From positions 33,608 to 97,607 of the forward strand of contig JBHIAV010000006.1 in assembly GCA_046758745.1 (NCBI GenBank): a DNA stretch of 64,000 nt, in the 5' to 3' direction. How positions within the stretch are numbered: position 1 is the first letter of the stretch; each line of letters begins with the position of its first letter. Below, in pieces: positions 30,209 through 40,288 of this stretch. Under the pieces are notes generated by a model, which was not told the DNA's origin, made no database searches, and saw only the letters and a list, made by a program, of their open reading frames with translations. The DNA is from Gemmatimonadota bacterium. Its GTDB lineage: Bacteria > Gemmatimonadota > Gemmatimonadetes > Palauibacterales > Palauibacteraceae. Both the position numbers and the translations under genes were made by a program.

Positions 30209-31252
30209 TCAGACCTTGATGCATCGCGCCCGCTGGCCCGGCCTCTTCTCCTCCAGGGATGGCACGGCGGTCAGGCACTCAGGCCCCTTCGCGGGGTGCG
30301 GGCAGCGGGGATAGAAGGGGCATCCCGCCCGCGACTCCGGCCACGCCAGCGGGTCGCCCCCCAGGACGATTCGCTCTCGTCCCGCTGGCGGATGTGGCCT
30401 CGGCACGGCGGCGAGGAGGGCTCGCGTGTACGGGTGCAGCGGTTCCCGGAAGAGGGAGTCCGCATTCGCCAGCTCCACGATCCGTCCGAGGTACATCACG
30501 GCCACCCGGTCGCTCACCTGCCGAACGACGGCCAGGTCGTGCGCGATGAAGAGGTAGGTGAGGCCGAGGTGCTCCTTCAGGTCGGCGAGGAGGTTCAAGA
30601 CCTGGGCCTGGACGGAGACGTCGAGCGCTGAGACGGGCTCGTCGGCCACGATGAACTCGGGCTCCACGCTCAGGGCGCGGGCAATCCCGATCCTCTGTCG
30701 CTGGCCACCGGAGAACTCGTGAGGGTACCGGTCGGCATCACGAGCGGGAAGTCCGACGAGCTCCAGAAGCTCGACGATTCGATCTTCCGCTTCCACGCCG
30801 CGGGCGATCCCGTGGACCCGCAGGGCCTCCCGCAGGGCCGCCGCCACCGTGAGCCGGGGATTCAGGGAGCCGAACGGGTCCTGGAAGACGATCTGCGCCC
30901 GCCGCCGGAACTCTCGGAGCTCGGCGCCGTGGAGTTCAGCGATGTCCTGTCCCGCGTATCGAACCTTCCCCGCCGTCGGCTCTTCAAGACGAAGGAGAAG
31001 CCGTCCGATCGTGCTCTTCCCGCACCCCGACTCTCCGACGAGCCCGAGCGTCTCTCCCGCCCTCACGGTGAGCGAGAGATCCTGGACCGCTCGCACCCCG
31101 TCCCGGCGCCGGCGGGCGCGCGCCAGTGGACCGCCGGCGGGCGGGTAGTGCTTGACGAGACCGCGTGCCTCGACGAGAGGGGCAGCCGCCGCACGGAGCA
31201 TCTCGCCGTCCCCCGATGGCTGCCCTTCGCCCCACGACGCGCGCCGGTTCAT
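30209..31252 (-). CDS. Oligopeptide/dipeptide ABC transporter ATP-binding protein (OppF/DppF-like)
   Basis: [40 protein letters not shown]-terminal CPFYPRC. Confidence 0.93.
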   Translation of the reverse strand: MNRRASWGEGQPSGDGEMLRAAAAPLVEARGLVKHYPPAGGPLARARRRRDGVRAVQDLSLTVRAGETLGLVGESGCGKSTIGRLLLRLEEPTAGKVRYAGQDIAELHGAELREFRRRAQIVFQDPFGSLNPRLTVAAALREALRVHGIARGVEAEDRIVELLELVGLPARDADRYPHEFSGGQRQRIGIARALSVEPEFIVADEPVSALDVSVQAQVLNLLADLKEHLGLTYLFIAHDLAVVRQVSDRVAVMYLGRIVELANADSLFREPLHPYTRALLAAVPRPHPPAGRERIVLGGDPLAWPESRAGCPFYPRCPHPAKGPECLTAVPSLEEKRPGQRARCIKV

Positions 31253-31298
31253 CGCACCTCCTCCTTCGGGACGCCCCCCTCGCCGCTCGGCCGATCGC

Positions 31299-32318
31299 TC
31301 ATTCGTCCCCGGACGCGCCGCGAGTGGCGCGGCGCCCCGGCTCCTCGACGAGCCAGCACCGGGCGCGGGTTCGGCCTGCATCCAGCATGGGCGGCTCGAA
31401 CTCACGACAGCGTTCCCACGCGTGGCGGCAGCGCGGGTGGAACCGGCACCCGGCCGGCCACTCCACGGGCCGCGGCACCGAGCCTCGGATGGGGGCGAGG
31501 CGCGCGGCGGTCCGGTCGAGGGCGGGAACCGAGCGCAGCAGACCTTCCGAGTAGGGGTGTCGCGGCGCGGCGAGAAAGTCCGCCACGGGACCCTCCTCGA
31601 CCACACGCCCGGCGTACATCACCGCCACCCGGTCCGCCATCTCGGCCACCACGCCGAGGTCGTGCGTGATGAGGAGGATCGCCATCCCGAACTCCGCCTG
31701 CAGCGATCGGAGCAGATCCAGGATCTGGGCCTGGATCGTAACGTCGAGCGCAGTGGTCGGCTCATCGGCGATGAGGACGGTGGGCCGGCATGACAGCGCC
31801 ATGGCGATCATGACCCGCTGGCGCATCCCCCCGGAGAGCTGGTGCGGGAAGGCGCGCACTCGACTCTCGGACTCCGGGATCCCCACCCGATCCAGCAGCC
31901 GTATGACCTCATCTCGTAGAGCGGCGCCGCGCAGCCCCCGGTGCTCCCGGATCGCTTCCCCGATCTGATCCCCGATCGTGAACACCGGGTTGAGGCTCGT
32001 CATCGGCTCCTGGAAGATCATGGCGATCTCGCCCCCCCGCACCTCCCGCATCTCCGCCTCGGCGAGGCTCAGGAGCTCGCGACCCTGCAGCCGAATACTC
32101 GAGCCGGCGAGGATTTCCCCGGGCGGGTGTGGCACGAGGCGGAGGACCGAGAGCGCGGTCATCGACTTGCCGCATCCCGACTCTCCCACCAGACCCAGGG
32201 TGGCGCCCGCCTCGAGCTGAAGCGACACACCGTCCACGGCCCGCGCGACACCGTCCTCCGTCCGGAACCAGGTCCGCAGGTTCTCGACGGCGAGGACGGG
32301 CACGCTCATTCGCTCCAT
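31299..32318 (-). CDS. Oligopeptide/dipeptide ABC transporter ATP-binding protein (OppD/DppD-like)
   Basis: [41 protein letters not shown]. Confidence 0.93.
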   Translation of the reverse strand: MERMSVPVLAVENLRTWFRTEDGVARAVDGVSLQLEAGATLGLVGESGCGKSMTALSVLRLVPHPPGEILAGSSIRLQGRELLSLAEAEMREVRGGEIAMIFQEPMTSLNPVFTIGDQIGEAIREHRGLRGAALRDEVIRLLDRVGIPESESRVRAFPHQLSGGMRQRVMIAMALSCRPTVLIADEPTTALDVTIQAQILDLLRSLQAEFGMAILLITHDLGVVAEMADRVAVMYAGRVVEEGPVADFLAAPRHPYSEGLLRSVPALDRTAARLAPIRGSVPRPVEWPAGCRFHPRCRHAWERCREFEPPMLDAGRTRARCWLVEEPGRRATRGASGDE

Positions 32319-32388
32319 GGCGGGCCGGCCCGCCCGCCCGGCCCAGGGCGACGTCGGCTCATCCAGAAGTCCGAGCACGGACCGTGGC

Positions 32389-33522
32389 TCATTCGCTCAG
32401 CCTCGGATCCAGCGCGTCCCTCAGCCCATCGCCCACCAGGTTGAAGGCCATCACGGTGAAAACGATCGCCAGGCCGGGGAAGGCCGTGATCCACCACGCG
32501 TCCAGAATCGCGTCCCGCCCCTCCGAGACCATCCCCCCCCAGCTCGCCGTCGGCGGCGGCACGCCGAGGCCGAGGAAGCTCAGCGCGGCTTCGGCGAGAA
32601 TCGTGTTACCGATTCCGAGCGTCGCGGCCACGATGACCGGCGTGAGCACATTCGGAAGGATGTGCCGGCCGATGATGCGGCCGGCGCGATAGCCGAGGGC
32701 CCGGGCCGCCTGCACGTACTCCAGCTCCCGGACCGCCAGCACCTGCCCGCGCACGATGCGGGACGTGCCCATCCATCCGGTCAGCCCGAGCACGAGCGTG
32801 ACCAGGGCGATGGAGGGGTTGAAGATCGCCACCACCGCGATGAGGAGCACGAGCCGGGGAAAGCTGAGGAGAAGGTCGACGAAGCGCATGGTGAGCGCGT
32901 CGGCCCACCCCCCGGCGTAGCCGGCCATCGCCCCGAGCAGCGTCCCAAGGGTGATGGCGATCGCCACCGCCAGGAAGCCGATGGACAGACTGATGCGGGC
33001 CCCGTACAGGACCCGGCTGAACACGTCGCGGCCGAACTCATCGGTCCCCATCGGATGGGTGAGGGAGGGAGGAAGGTAGCGCGTGGCGACGATGTCCCCG
33101 ATCGCGTCCGGGTCGAAGGGAGCCAGGTAGGGCGTCAGCAGCGCCGCCAGCGCCAGCGCCAGCATGAGAACGAGCCCGCCGAGCGCCTGCCGATGCCGCC
33201 GGAAGCGACGCCAAGCCACCACCCACTGCGAGCGGCCAGCGGGCGCCTGCGTCGGCCGCGCAATCCTCCCCCCGGAGCGGTTCGCCGCCAGCCAGCAAGC
33301 GGCCAGGACGCCCATTAGGGTGATGAGCGCCACCCACTCGTCGACGGCGCCGCCTCCCAGCGTGACGACCATGCGCGGCCACCTCCAAACGAGGAGGGCG
33401 AGCAGGAGCACCCACCCCCCGGCGAGGACCGTGCCCAGTGGACGGCGACGGACGATGAGAGAAACACCCGGCAGGGCCCGGTCCAGGGTGCGCGCCCACC
33501 GCGGTGCGGGCTCGCTATCCAT
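32389..33522 (-). CDS. Peptide ABC transporter permease (OppC-like) with N-terminal TM extension
   Basis: [25 protein letters not shown]-like loop [30 protein letters not shown]. Confidence 0.93.
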   Translation of the reverse strand: MDSEPAPRWARTLDRALPGVSLIVRRRPLGTVLAGGWVLLLALLVWRWPRMVVTLGGGAVDEWVALITLMGVLAACWLAANRSGGRIARPTQAPAGRSQWVVAWRRFRRHRQALGGLVLMLALALAALLTPYLAPFDPDAIGDIVATRYLPPSLTHPMGTDEFGRDVFSRVLYGARISLSIGFLAVAIAITLGTLLGAMAGYAGGWADALTMRFVDLLLSFPRLVLLIAVVAIFNPSIALVTLVLGLTGWMGTSRIVRGQVLAVRELEYVQAARALGYRAGRIIGRHILPNVLTPVIVAATLGIGNTILAEAALSFLGLGVPPPTASWGGMVSEGRDAILDAWWITAFPGLAIVFTVMAFNLVGDGLRDALDPRLSE

Positions 33523-34492
33523 ACCTGATCCTCGGGTCGACGACGGCGTACAGCAGGTCCGCCAGGAGGTTGCCGATCAGCACGAGTGCAGCGAACAGGA
33601 AGCTCGCGGCGAGCACGACCGGCGTGTCGCGGGCGATCACCGCATCGTACAGCAGTCGGCCCATGCCGGGCCACGAGAAGACCACCTCGATGACGACGGC
33701 GCCTCCGAAGAGAAGCGGGAGGTACAGCCCGAACAGGCTTACGATCGGAATGAGGCCGTTGCGCAGCGCGTGCTTGAGGATGACGCGCGCCTCCGACAGG
33801 CCCTTCGCACGCGCGGTTCGGATGTAGTCCTGACCGATCACCTCGAGAAGGGAGCCCCGCATGTAGCGAGCCACACCGGCGGCGGACGCGATCCCCAGCG
33901 CGACCGATGGGAGCACCAGATGTTGCAGGCGGTCGAGCGCCTTCTGCCATGGGGTCAGGAAAGCGTAGTCGATGTCCGTGATGCCGGAGATCGGGAGACG
34001 GAGGCCGTCGGGGACCGCCGAGGATGAGAAGAGGATCACCAGCATGAGCCCGAGCCAGAAGCCGGGTATCGAGTAGATGAAGAGCGTGAGAAAGGTGAGG
34101 ACTCCGTCCAGCCGTGAGTACTTGCGGACCGCTTGCACCGTCCCCACGGTGCACCCGATCAGGAAGATGAGGCCGAGGGAGACGGCGCTCAGCAGCAGGG
34201 TGTTCGGGAGGGCGTCCCGGACCACATCGCGCACGGGACGGAACTGGCTGAAGCTGTAGCCGAAGTCCCCCCTGAGGAAGGAGCCGAGCCAGCGCACGTA
34301 CTGGACGTGGACCGGTCGATCCAGCCCCATGTTCCGTCGCATCTGCTCGATGACTTCGGGGGGGATGTTCGGGTTGAAGTACGCGGCGGTCGCATCGCCG
34401 GGGGCCAGGTGGAGGATGAAGAAGACGAGGGTCAGGATCCCGAGGAGGAGCGGGACCGCACCCAGCGTCCGGGTGGCTGCATAGCGGATCAG
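33515..34492 (-). CDS. Peptide ABC transporter permease (OppB-like); start appears to be CTG 34492
   Basis: (M)IRYAATRTLGAVPLLLGILTLVFFILHLAPGD..., GDFGYS, DYIRTARAKGL, HALRN, DLLYAVVDPRIR. Confidence 0.92.
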   Translation of the reverse strand: MIRYAATRTLGAVPLLLGILTLVFFILHLAPGDATAAYFNPNIPPEVIEQMRRNMGLDRPVHVQYVRWLGSFLRGDFGYSFSQFRPVRDVVRDALPNTLLLSAVSLGLIFLIGCTVGTVQAVRKYSRLDGVLTFLTLFIYSIPGFWLGLMLVILFSSSAVPDGLRLPISGITDIDYAFLTPWQKALDRLQHLVLPSVALGIASAAGVARYMRGSLLEVIGQDYIRTARAKGLSEARVILKHALRNGLIPIVSLFGLYLPLLFGGAVVIEVVFSWPGMGRLLYDAVIARDTPVVLAASFLFAALVLIGNLLADLLYAVVDPRIRYG

Positions 34493-34562
34493 CCGTCCCT
34501 CCCGGCGGCGCGACCGCCGGACCGCGGCCCGGCGGCGCCCTCGCCGACCCTCGCCGGCGTGC

Positions 34563-36326
34563 TCACCTCGCGGCGCCTCGCCGCTCGTCCGGCATCAGCC
34601 ACCAGCGGCTCACCGAGGCCCAGTCGCCGCGGGCGTCGGGCTCGAATCCCCGAAGCACGCGGCGCAACGCGTCGGCCCGCTTCTCGAAGTAGAGGAATGT
34701 GTAGGGCTGGTCGGTCGCGATGATCTCGTGGTAGTGCCGGATGAGATCCTTCCGACGCTCCCGATCCACCGTCAGGGGGATCGAGTCGAGCACGGGGTCG
34801 AGCTCCGGATTGCAGTAGCTGGTGAACTGGAGAGGTTGACCCAGCTGGTCGCACGCCCACAGGTCGCGGTCGTTGAGGAAGACGTCCCGCACCCAGGCCA
34901 GCACCGCCGCGTCGTAGCGACGGTCGGGGCTCGTCACGGCATCCCGGAGGGCCGCGGACTCCCGGACGCGGGGTATCGCCTCGACCCCCACGCGGGCCAG
35001 CGCCGCCTGCACCACCACCGCGATGTCCCGGCGCTCCTTCATCTCGTTCGTCATCAGCTCGAAGCTGAACCGTATACCCTCCCTCTCGCGTACGCCGTCG
35101 CCGTCCCTGTCGCGCCAGCCGGCTCGATCGAGGATCGCCGCCGCCGAGTCGGGCGCGTATGGAAGAGGCCGCCACGTCGGATCGAACGCCGGGTGCCAGG
35201 GACCGACCGGACCCGCGGCCGGGGTGCCGAGCCCGCCGCGCACGGCCCGCAGCAGCTCCTCCCGGTCGATGGCCATGGTGAGAGCACGGCGCAGCTCCGG
35301 CGAGGCGAAGTACGGCCGAAGCGAGTTCCACGCGATGAAGCTGTACGTCGGCGAGGGGAAATCGACCGTGGCCAGGGAAGGATGCGCGGCCAGGCGCGGC
35401 AGGCGGTCGGGCGCGACGTCCACGTACAGGTCGACCCGGCCCGACGAGAGCTCGGCGAGCGCGGCCGTCTCTTCCGGAATCACCCGGTAGACGAGCCGAT
35501 CGAGGTACGGTCGGCCACCCAGCCCGGCCGGGAAATCCGGGTTGGCCTCGAATACCCAGCGCTCGCCGGGCACGCGCTCGACGAACCGGAACGGGCCGCT
35601 CCCCACCGGGCTCGACGTGCCGAAGGGATGGCCCTGCAGCCGGCCCGGCGGCACACCGCCGAGGATATGCCGCGGCATGATCGCCGTCACCGCCCAGCCG
35701 TAAAGGAAGTCGCCATGCGGCCGGATGAGGAAACGGATCCTGTGCTCATCCACCACCTCGGCGACCTCCCAGCGGTCGAAGTAGCTGCGGTTGGCGAACG
35801 GGACCTCGGGATCCTTGGCCCGGTCGAAGGTGAAGGCGACGTCGGCCGCCGTCACGGGGGTTCCATCATGCCACCGCACGTCGTCGCGCAGGTGGAAGAG
35901 TACTTCCGTCGTATCGGCGTTCACCTCCCACGAGCGGGCGAGGAACGGCTCCTCGACGAACCCGGGGCCGTGCCGCACCAGCGTGGTGAAGAGGACGTAG
36001 ACCTGATGCTGCAGCGTGTAGTAGTCGGAGGAGGTGAGCGAGTTCATCGAGTGGAGGTCGCTCATCCCCGCCACCACCACCGTGCCGCCGTAGCGCGCCT
36101 CTTCCGGAACGGTGTCGGCGTCAACCCGCGGAATGTCCTTGCCTTGGCGATCGCCGCAACCGGCCGCCGCGAGGCCCGCGACCACCGCGCCAAACAGCGC
36201 GCCGCGGATCCACCGGCTAACGGCGTGCGTCACCGGCGCCCCGCGCCCCGCCCGGCGAGCCCGCAGGTCGGCAGGCAGGCGGTGAGTCCTCTCACCCGCC
36301 GCCGCCTCGACCGGAGCCTGCGTCAT
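34563..36326 (-). CDS. Peptide ABC transporter substrate-binding lipoprotein (OppA/AppA-like) copy 2
   Basis: Lipobox AAGC; LARSWE, LRDDVRWHDG, PVGSGPF, RRALTMAIDR. Confidence 0.92.
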   Translation of the reverse strand: MTQAPVEAAAGERTHRLPADLRARRAGRGAPVTHAVSRWIRGALFGAVVAGLAAAGCGDRQGKDIPRVDADTVPEEARYGGTVVVAGMSDLHSMNSLTSSDYYTLQHQVYVLFTTLVRHGPGFVEEPFLARSWEVNADTTEVLFHLRDDVRWHDGTPVTAADVAFTFDRAKDPEVPFANRSYFDRWEVAEVVDEHRIRFLIRPHGDFLYGWAVTAIMPRHILGGVPPGRLQGHPFGTSSPVGSGPFRFVERVPGERWVFEANPDFPAGLGGRPYLDRLVYRVIPEETAALAELSSGRVDLYVDVAPDRLPRLAAHPSLATVDFPSPTYSFIAWNSLRPYFASPELRRALTMAIDREELLRAVRGGLGTPAAGPVGPWHPAFDPTWRPLPYAPDSAAAILDRAGWRDRDGDGVREREGIRFSFELMTNEMKERRDIAVVVQAALARVGVEAIPRVRESAALRDAVTSPDRRYDAAVLAWVRDVFLNDRDLWACDQLGQPLQFTSYCNPELDPVLDSIPLTVDRERRKDLIRHYHEIIATDQPYTFLYFEKRADALRRVLRGFEPDARGDWASVSRWWLMPDERRGAAR

Positions 36327-37938
36327 CCACCGTGCCCTCCCGCCGCCACCTCCACCGCCGGAGGGTTACCAGCTCGCCGCGCGCGTCCATGCGCACTCCC
36401 TCGAGTCGACGGCTCACCGCAGCCAGCTCGTCCTGCCAGAAGAGGAGGGTGAGCGGTTGGTCACGCTGCAGGACGCGGGTGAATTCCGTCCAGATCTCCG
36501 CCGCCTTCGTGGTGTCCAGGGTGACGGCTCCCAGATCCATCAGGCTGTCCGCCACCGGGTTCGCGTAGGAGCTCCGGTTCGCGCTGTTCTCGATCTGAAG
36601 CTGGCTGCTGTGGAAGAGCGGACGCGGATCGACGCGGAAGTTGTCGAGCACCCAGTTCGTCAGGACGGCGTCGAAGTCGCGTGCGCGGTGGCGGCCGAGC
36701 ACCGTCTGCCACTCCAGGAGCCTCGGCTCGAGCTCCACCCCGATGCGGCGAAGCTGCGCCTGGATGATCTGCGCCATGTCGCCGTAGATGGGGTTACGCT
36801 GGTTGGTGAGCAGCTCGAAGCGGAAGGGACGCCCGTCCCGGTCCCGCACGCCGTCCCCGTCGCTGTCCCGCCAGCCAGCCCGTTCCAGGAGAATGGCCGC
36901 CGAATCCGGATCGTACGGCAGCGGCTCGATTTCGGGAGCGTAGCGATGCCACGGGGGCACCACGCCCGAGGCGACGTGGCCGTACCCGAGGAGGACGGCG
37001 TCGACGAGCGCCTGGCGGTCGATCGCCATGGCGAGCGCGCGACGGATCTCCACCGTGGTGAAGGGCTCCCGCCGCGTGTTCCACCCGATGTAGCTGAACT
37101 GGCGCCACGGGAAGGCGACGAGGCGCACCCCATCCGCGTCCCGCACCCGCGGAACCTCCGCGGGACCGAGCGTCCCGTACACATGCACGCTCCCGCCGAG
37201 GAGCTCGGCCAGCAGCGTGGTGGCCTCCGGCACGATGCGATAGATGATGCGACCGATCGGAGGCGGGCCACCCAGGGACGGCGCGAACTCGGGGTTGCCT
37301 TCGAAGACGAGCCGCTGGTTCACCTCCCAGCTCACAAACCGGTATGGGCCGCTGCCGACGGGTGAGCGGCCGAACGGATGACGGGCGAGCTCCTCCGGGG
37401 GAACATCCTCCAGGAGGTGCCGCGGCACCGGGGGCCAGAAGAAGTCCTCCAGCGGCTCGGCGTGCGGGGAGGCGAACGTGAAGCGGATCTCGCGCTCGCC
37501 CAGGATCTCCGCCCCTGCGACGTTGGCCAGATACGCGGCAGCGAGGGGAGAAGCCGTCCTTGGATCCTTCGCCCGCTCGAAGGTGAAGAGGACGTCGGCG
37601 GCGGTGACCGGCTCGCCGTCATGCCACCTGACATCGGACCGGAGTCGGAAGACCACCTCGTCCTCGGCGATCTCCCAGGACTCCGCCAGGCCGGGCGCGA
37701 TGTTGGAGGCGGAATCGTACTCGACGAGCGGCGTGAAGAGGAGATAGTAGATGAGCTCGTTCGCGTTCGTGTCCGTGCTGGTCAGGGGGTTGAGCGTTTG
37801 CAGCTCCGAGGAATACCCGAGGACCAGGGCACGCTCGGGCCGCGCACCGCTCCCTCCGCCTCCGCACGACAGTACGGCGAGCGCGGCGGAGAGGCCGAGG
37901 TACCCGAGCCTCCAGGCCGGCCCGATTACCGCCGCCAT
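36292..37938 (-). CDS. Peptide ABC transporter substrate-binding lipoprotein (OppA/AppA-like) copy 1
   Basis: Lipobox VLSC; PGLAESWE, LRSDVRWHDG, PVGSGPY, RRALAMAIDR. Confidence 0.92.
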   Translation of the reverse strand: MAAVIGPAWRLGYLGLSAALAVLSCGGGGSGARPERALVLGYSSELQTLNPLTSTDTNANELIYYLLFTPLVEYDSASNIAPGLAESWEIAEDEVVFRLRSDVRWHDGEPVTAADVLFTFERAKDPRTASPLAAAYLANVAGAEILGEREIRFTFASPHAEPLEDFFWPPVPRHLLEDVPPEELARHPFGRSPVGSGPYRFVSWEVNQRLVFEGNPEFAPSLGGPPPIGRIIYRIVPEATTLLAELLGGSVHVYGTLGPAEVPRVRDADGVRLVAFPWRQFSYIGWNTRREPFTTVEIRRALAMAIDRQALVDAVLLGYGHVASGVVPPWHRYAPEIEPLPYDPDSAAILLERAGWRDSDGDGVRDRDGRPFRFELLTNQRNPIYGDMAQIIQAQLRRIGVELEPRLLEWQTVLGRHRARDFDAVLTNWVLDNFRVDPRPLFHSSQLQIENSANRSSYANPVADSLMDLGAVTLDTTKAAEIWTEFTRVLQRDQPLTLLFWQDELAAVSRRLEGVRMDARGELVTLRRWRWRREGTVDDAGSGRGGGG

Positions 37939-38771
37939 GTCCAGGCTCCCGAGCGATATCGGGCCTCGAGCCGCCTGGCCCTCTCCCTCTCCGCTGCGGT
38001 TGCCTCACCGGGCTCCACCTCGACCCCGAACTCCGAAGCGAAGCCCCGGGCCAGCGCTCCGCACAGTGCCGCGAGCGGCGGCAGCACTCCGAGGACGTCG
38101 GCCAGGCTCGCCGCCGCCACCGCGCCCTCCCTTCCCTTCCCGTTCAGCCGGAGGCGCTCGGCGAGCTGCTGGTCGTCGTGAAGGAGGATCGAGCCGTGCT
38201 GGAGAAGGGCTCCACCCTCCCGCCACTGGGCGCTTCCCACCAGCTTCCGCCCTCCGGCCACCACCTCGCCGGGCATCGGGTGGCGGAAGCAGGCGCGCGG
38301 CGATGGTTGTCGGAGACCACTGCTGGCCCGACCCGGCGCGACCGCCGCGGGAACCCCCAGCTCGCGAAGGCCGGCCGCCAGCGCCCGGTTGATCCGGCGG
38401 TAGCTCTCACGCAGTCCCCCCCACGCGTCCGAGGGCGCCGTGACGCTGTAGGTGAGTTCGCGGTCGTGATAGACGGCGCGCCCTCCCGTCGGGCGGCGGA
38501 CGATGTCGATTCCCAGCCGTTCGGCACGCCCGACGTCGTAACGCCCGCGGGCCGGTTCGTTCCGACCGAGGGAGAGACAGCCGGGAGCCCAGCCGTAGAA
38601 GCGAACCGTGAACCGCCCGCGGCGCCCCGATGCGAGGAGCGCTTCGTCGATCGCCATGTTCCACGCCCCGGGGGCTGGTCCATCGAGGATCAACCGGAAG
38701 GTCTTGGAGACGACGAAGGTGTGGGCCGTCCGATGCAGCCCGCCGGACGCCGCCGGGCCCGGGGGGGTCAT
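37926..38771 (-). CDS. Lipoate-protein ligase / octanoyltransferase (LipM/LplA family)
   Basis: GAWNMAIDEALL, VRRPTGGRAVYH, RKLVGSAQ, LQHGS; follows the gcv genes. Confidence 0.9.
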   Translation of the reverse strand: MTPPGPAASGGLHRTAHTFVVSKTFRLILDGPAPGAWNMAIDEALLASGRRGRFTVRFYGWAPGCLSLGRNEPARGRYDVGRAERLGIDIVRRPTGGRAVYHDRELTYSVTAPSDAWGGLRESYRRINRALAAGLRELGVPAAVAPGRASSGLRQPSPRACFRHPMPGEVVAGGRKLVGSAQWREGGALLQHGSILLHDDQQLAERLRLNGKGREGAVAAASLADVLGVLPPLAALCGALARGFASEFGVEVEPGEATAAERERARRLEARYRSGAWTWRR

Positions 38772-38778
38772 GGGCGGC

Positions 38779-40269
38779 TCATTCCTCGGCGTTAGAGAAC
38801 TCCCACCTGACATCGAGCCGCCGGCCCGCACGCCCCTCATCGAGCCGCCGCACCGGAGTCGTGTGCGGGGCGGCCCGGACGAAATCCGGATCGCGCTCCG
38901 ACTCGCCCGCGATCTCCAGGAGCGCGTCGGCATAGCGGTCCAGCTCCTCCTTCGTCTCCGTCTCGGTGGGCTCCGTCATCAGAGCCTCCGAGACGATGAG
39001 CGGGAAGTAGATCGTCGGCGCATGGAAGCCGTAGTCGAGGAGACGCTTGGCGACGTCGAGCGTCCTGATCCCCGTCCTCCTCTTCAGCTCGGCGGCCGTG
39101 AACACCGATTCGTGCATCCCTCGGCCGAAGGGGAGAGGATAGCTCCCCTCGAGGCGGGTGCTCAGGTACGCGTTGTTCAGGACGGCCGCCTCGGCCGTCT
39201 CGCGGAGCCCCTCGCGCCCCAGCATGCGGATGTAGGTGTAGGCCCGCACGAGAACTCCGAAGTTCCCGTAGAAGCCATGTAGCTTGCCGATCGAGTCCGG
39301 AATGTTCCACTCGAGGACGTACTCGCCGTCGGGGCGGCGCATGACTCGCGGCGCGGGGAGGAAGCGCTCCAGCCGTGCCTTCACCGCCACCGGGCCGGCG
39401 CCCGGCCCACCCCCACCGTGCGGAGTGCTGAACGTCTTGTGCAGGTTGAAGTGCACGATGTCGTACCCCATGTCGCCCGGCCGGGCGACGCCCATCAGCG
39501 CGTTGAGGTTCGCCCCATCCATGTACATCAGGCCGCCCGCCCGGTGCACCAGACGGCAGATGTCGCGGATCTCCCTCTCGAAGACACCCAGCGTGTTCGG
39601 GTTTGTGAGCATCATCCCCGCCACGGTGTCATCGAGCGCCGTGCGCAAGGCGTCGAGGTCCGTCCTCCCGTCGGGGTTCGATTTCAGGGTGACGGCTTCG
39701 AAGCCAGCCAGTGCGACGGTGGCCGGGTTGGTGCCGTGAGCGGAGTCCGGGATGAGGATCCGCCGACGGTTCGGTTCGCCGTTCGCCCGGTGGTAGGCGC
39801 GCATGAGGAGGACGCCGGTCAACTCCCCCTGCGCCCCGGCGGCCGGCTGCAGCGTGACGGCGTCCATCCCGGCTACCTCGCGCAGGATCTCCGCCAGCTC
39901 GTGCATGAGCCGGAGCGCGCCCTGCACCGCCATGTGCGGGGTGAACGGGTGAAGGTCGGCGAAGCCCGCAAGCCGTGCCATCGCCTCGTTCACCTTCGGG
40001 TTGTACTTCATGGTACACGACCCGAGAGGATACAGGGCGCGGTCCACGTGGTGGTTCTTGAGCGAGATCTCCGTGTAGTGACGAACCACCTCGTGCTCCG
40101 GCGCCTCCGGCAAGCGGGGAGGACGGGTGCGCAGATGCCGCGCCGGCATCAGCTCCTGCAGGGGACGGATCGGGACATCCGGCCGGGGCACGCGAACCCC
40201 GCGCCTTCCGCGCCGCGACTTCTCGAAGATCGTCGGCGTGACGTCACCCTGAAACGGAAATGCGACCAC
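38779..40269 (-). CDS. gcvPB: Glycine dehydrogenase (decarboxylating) subunit 2
   Basis: YPLGSCTMKYNP, SAHGTNPAT, YMDGANLNA, NLHKTFSTPHGGGGPG. Confidence 0.96.
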   Translation of the reverse strand: MVAFPFQGDVTPTIFEKSRRGRRGVRVPRPDVPIRPLQELMPARHLRTRPPRLPEAPEHEVVRHYTEISLKNHHVDRALYPLGSCTMKYNPKVNEAMARLAGFADLHPFTPHMAVQGALRLMHELAEILREVAGMDAVTLQPAAGAQGELTGVLLMRAYHRANGEPNRRRILIPDSAHGTNPATVALAGFEAVTLKSNPDGRTDLDALRTALDDTVAGMMLTNPNTLGVFEREIRDICRLVHRAGGLMYMDGANLNALMGVARPGDMGYDIVHFNLHKTFSTPHGGGGPGAGPVAVKARLERFLPAPRVMRRPDGEYVLEWNIPDSIGKLHGFYGNFGVLVRAYTYIRMLGREGLRETAEAAVLNNAYLSTRLEGSYPLPFGRGMHESVFTAAELKRRTGIRTLDVAKRLLDYGFHAPTIYFPLIVSEALMTEPTETETKEELDRYADALLEIAGESERDPDFVRAAPHTTPVRRLDEGRAGRRLDVRWEFSNAEE

Positions 40270-40288
40270 CCGCCCGCCCCCTCTCCCC

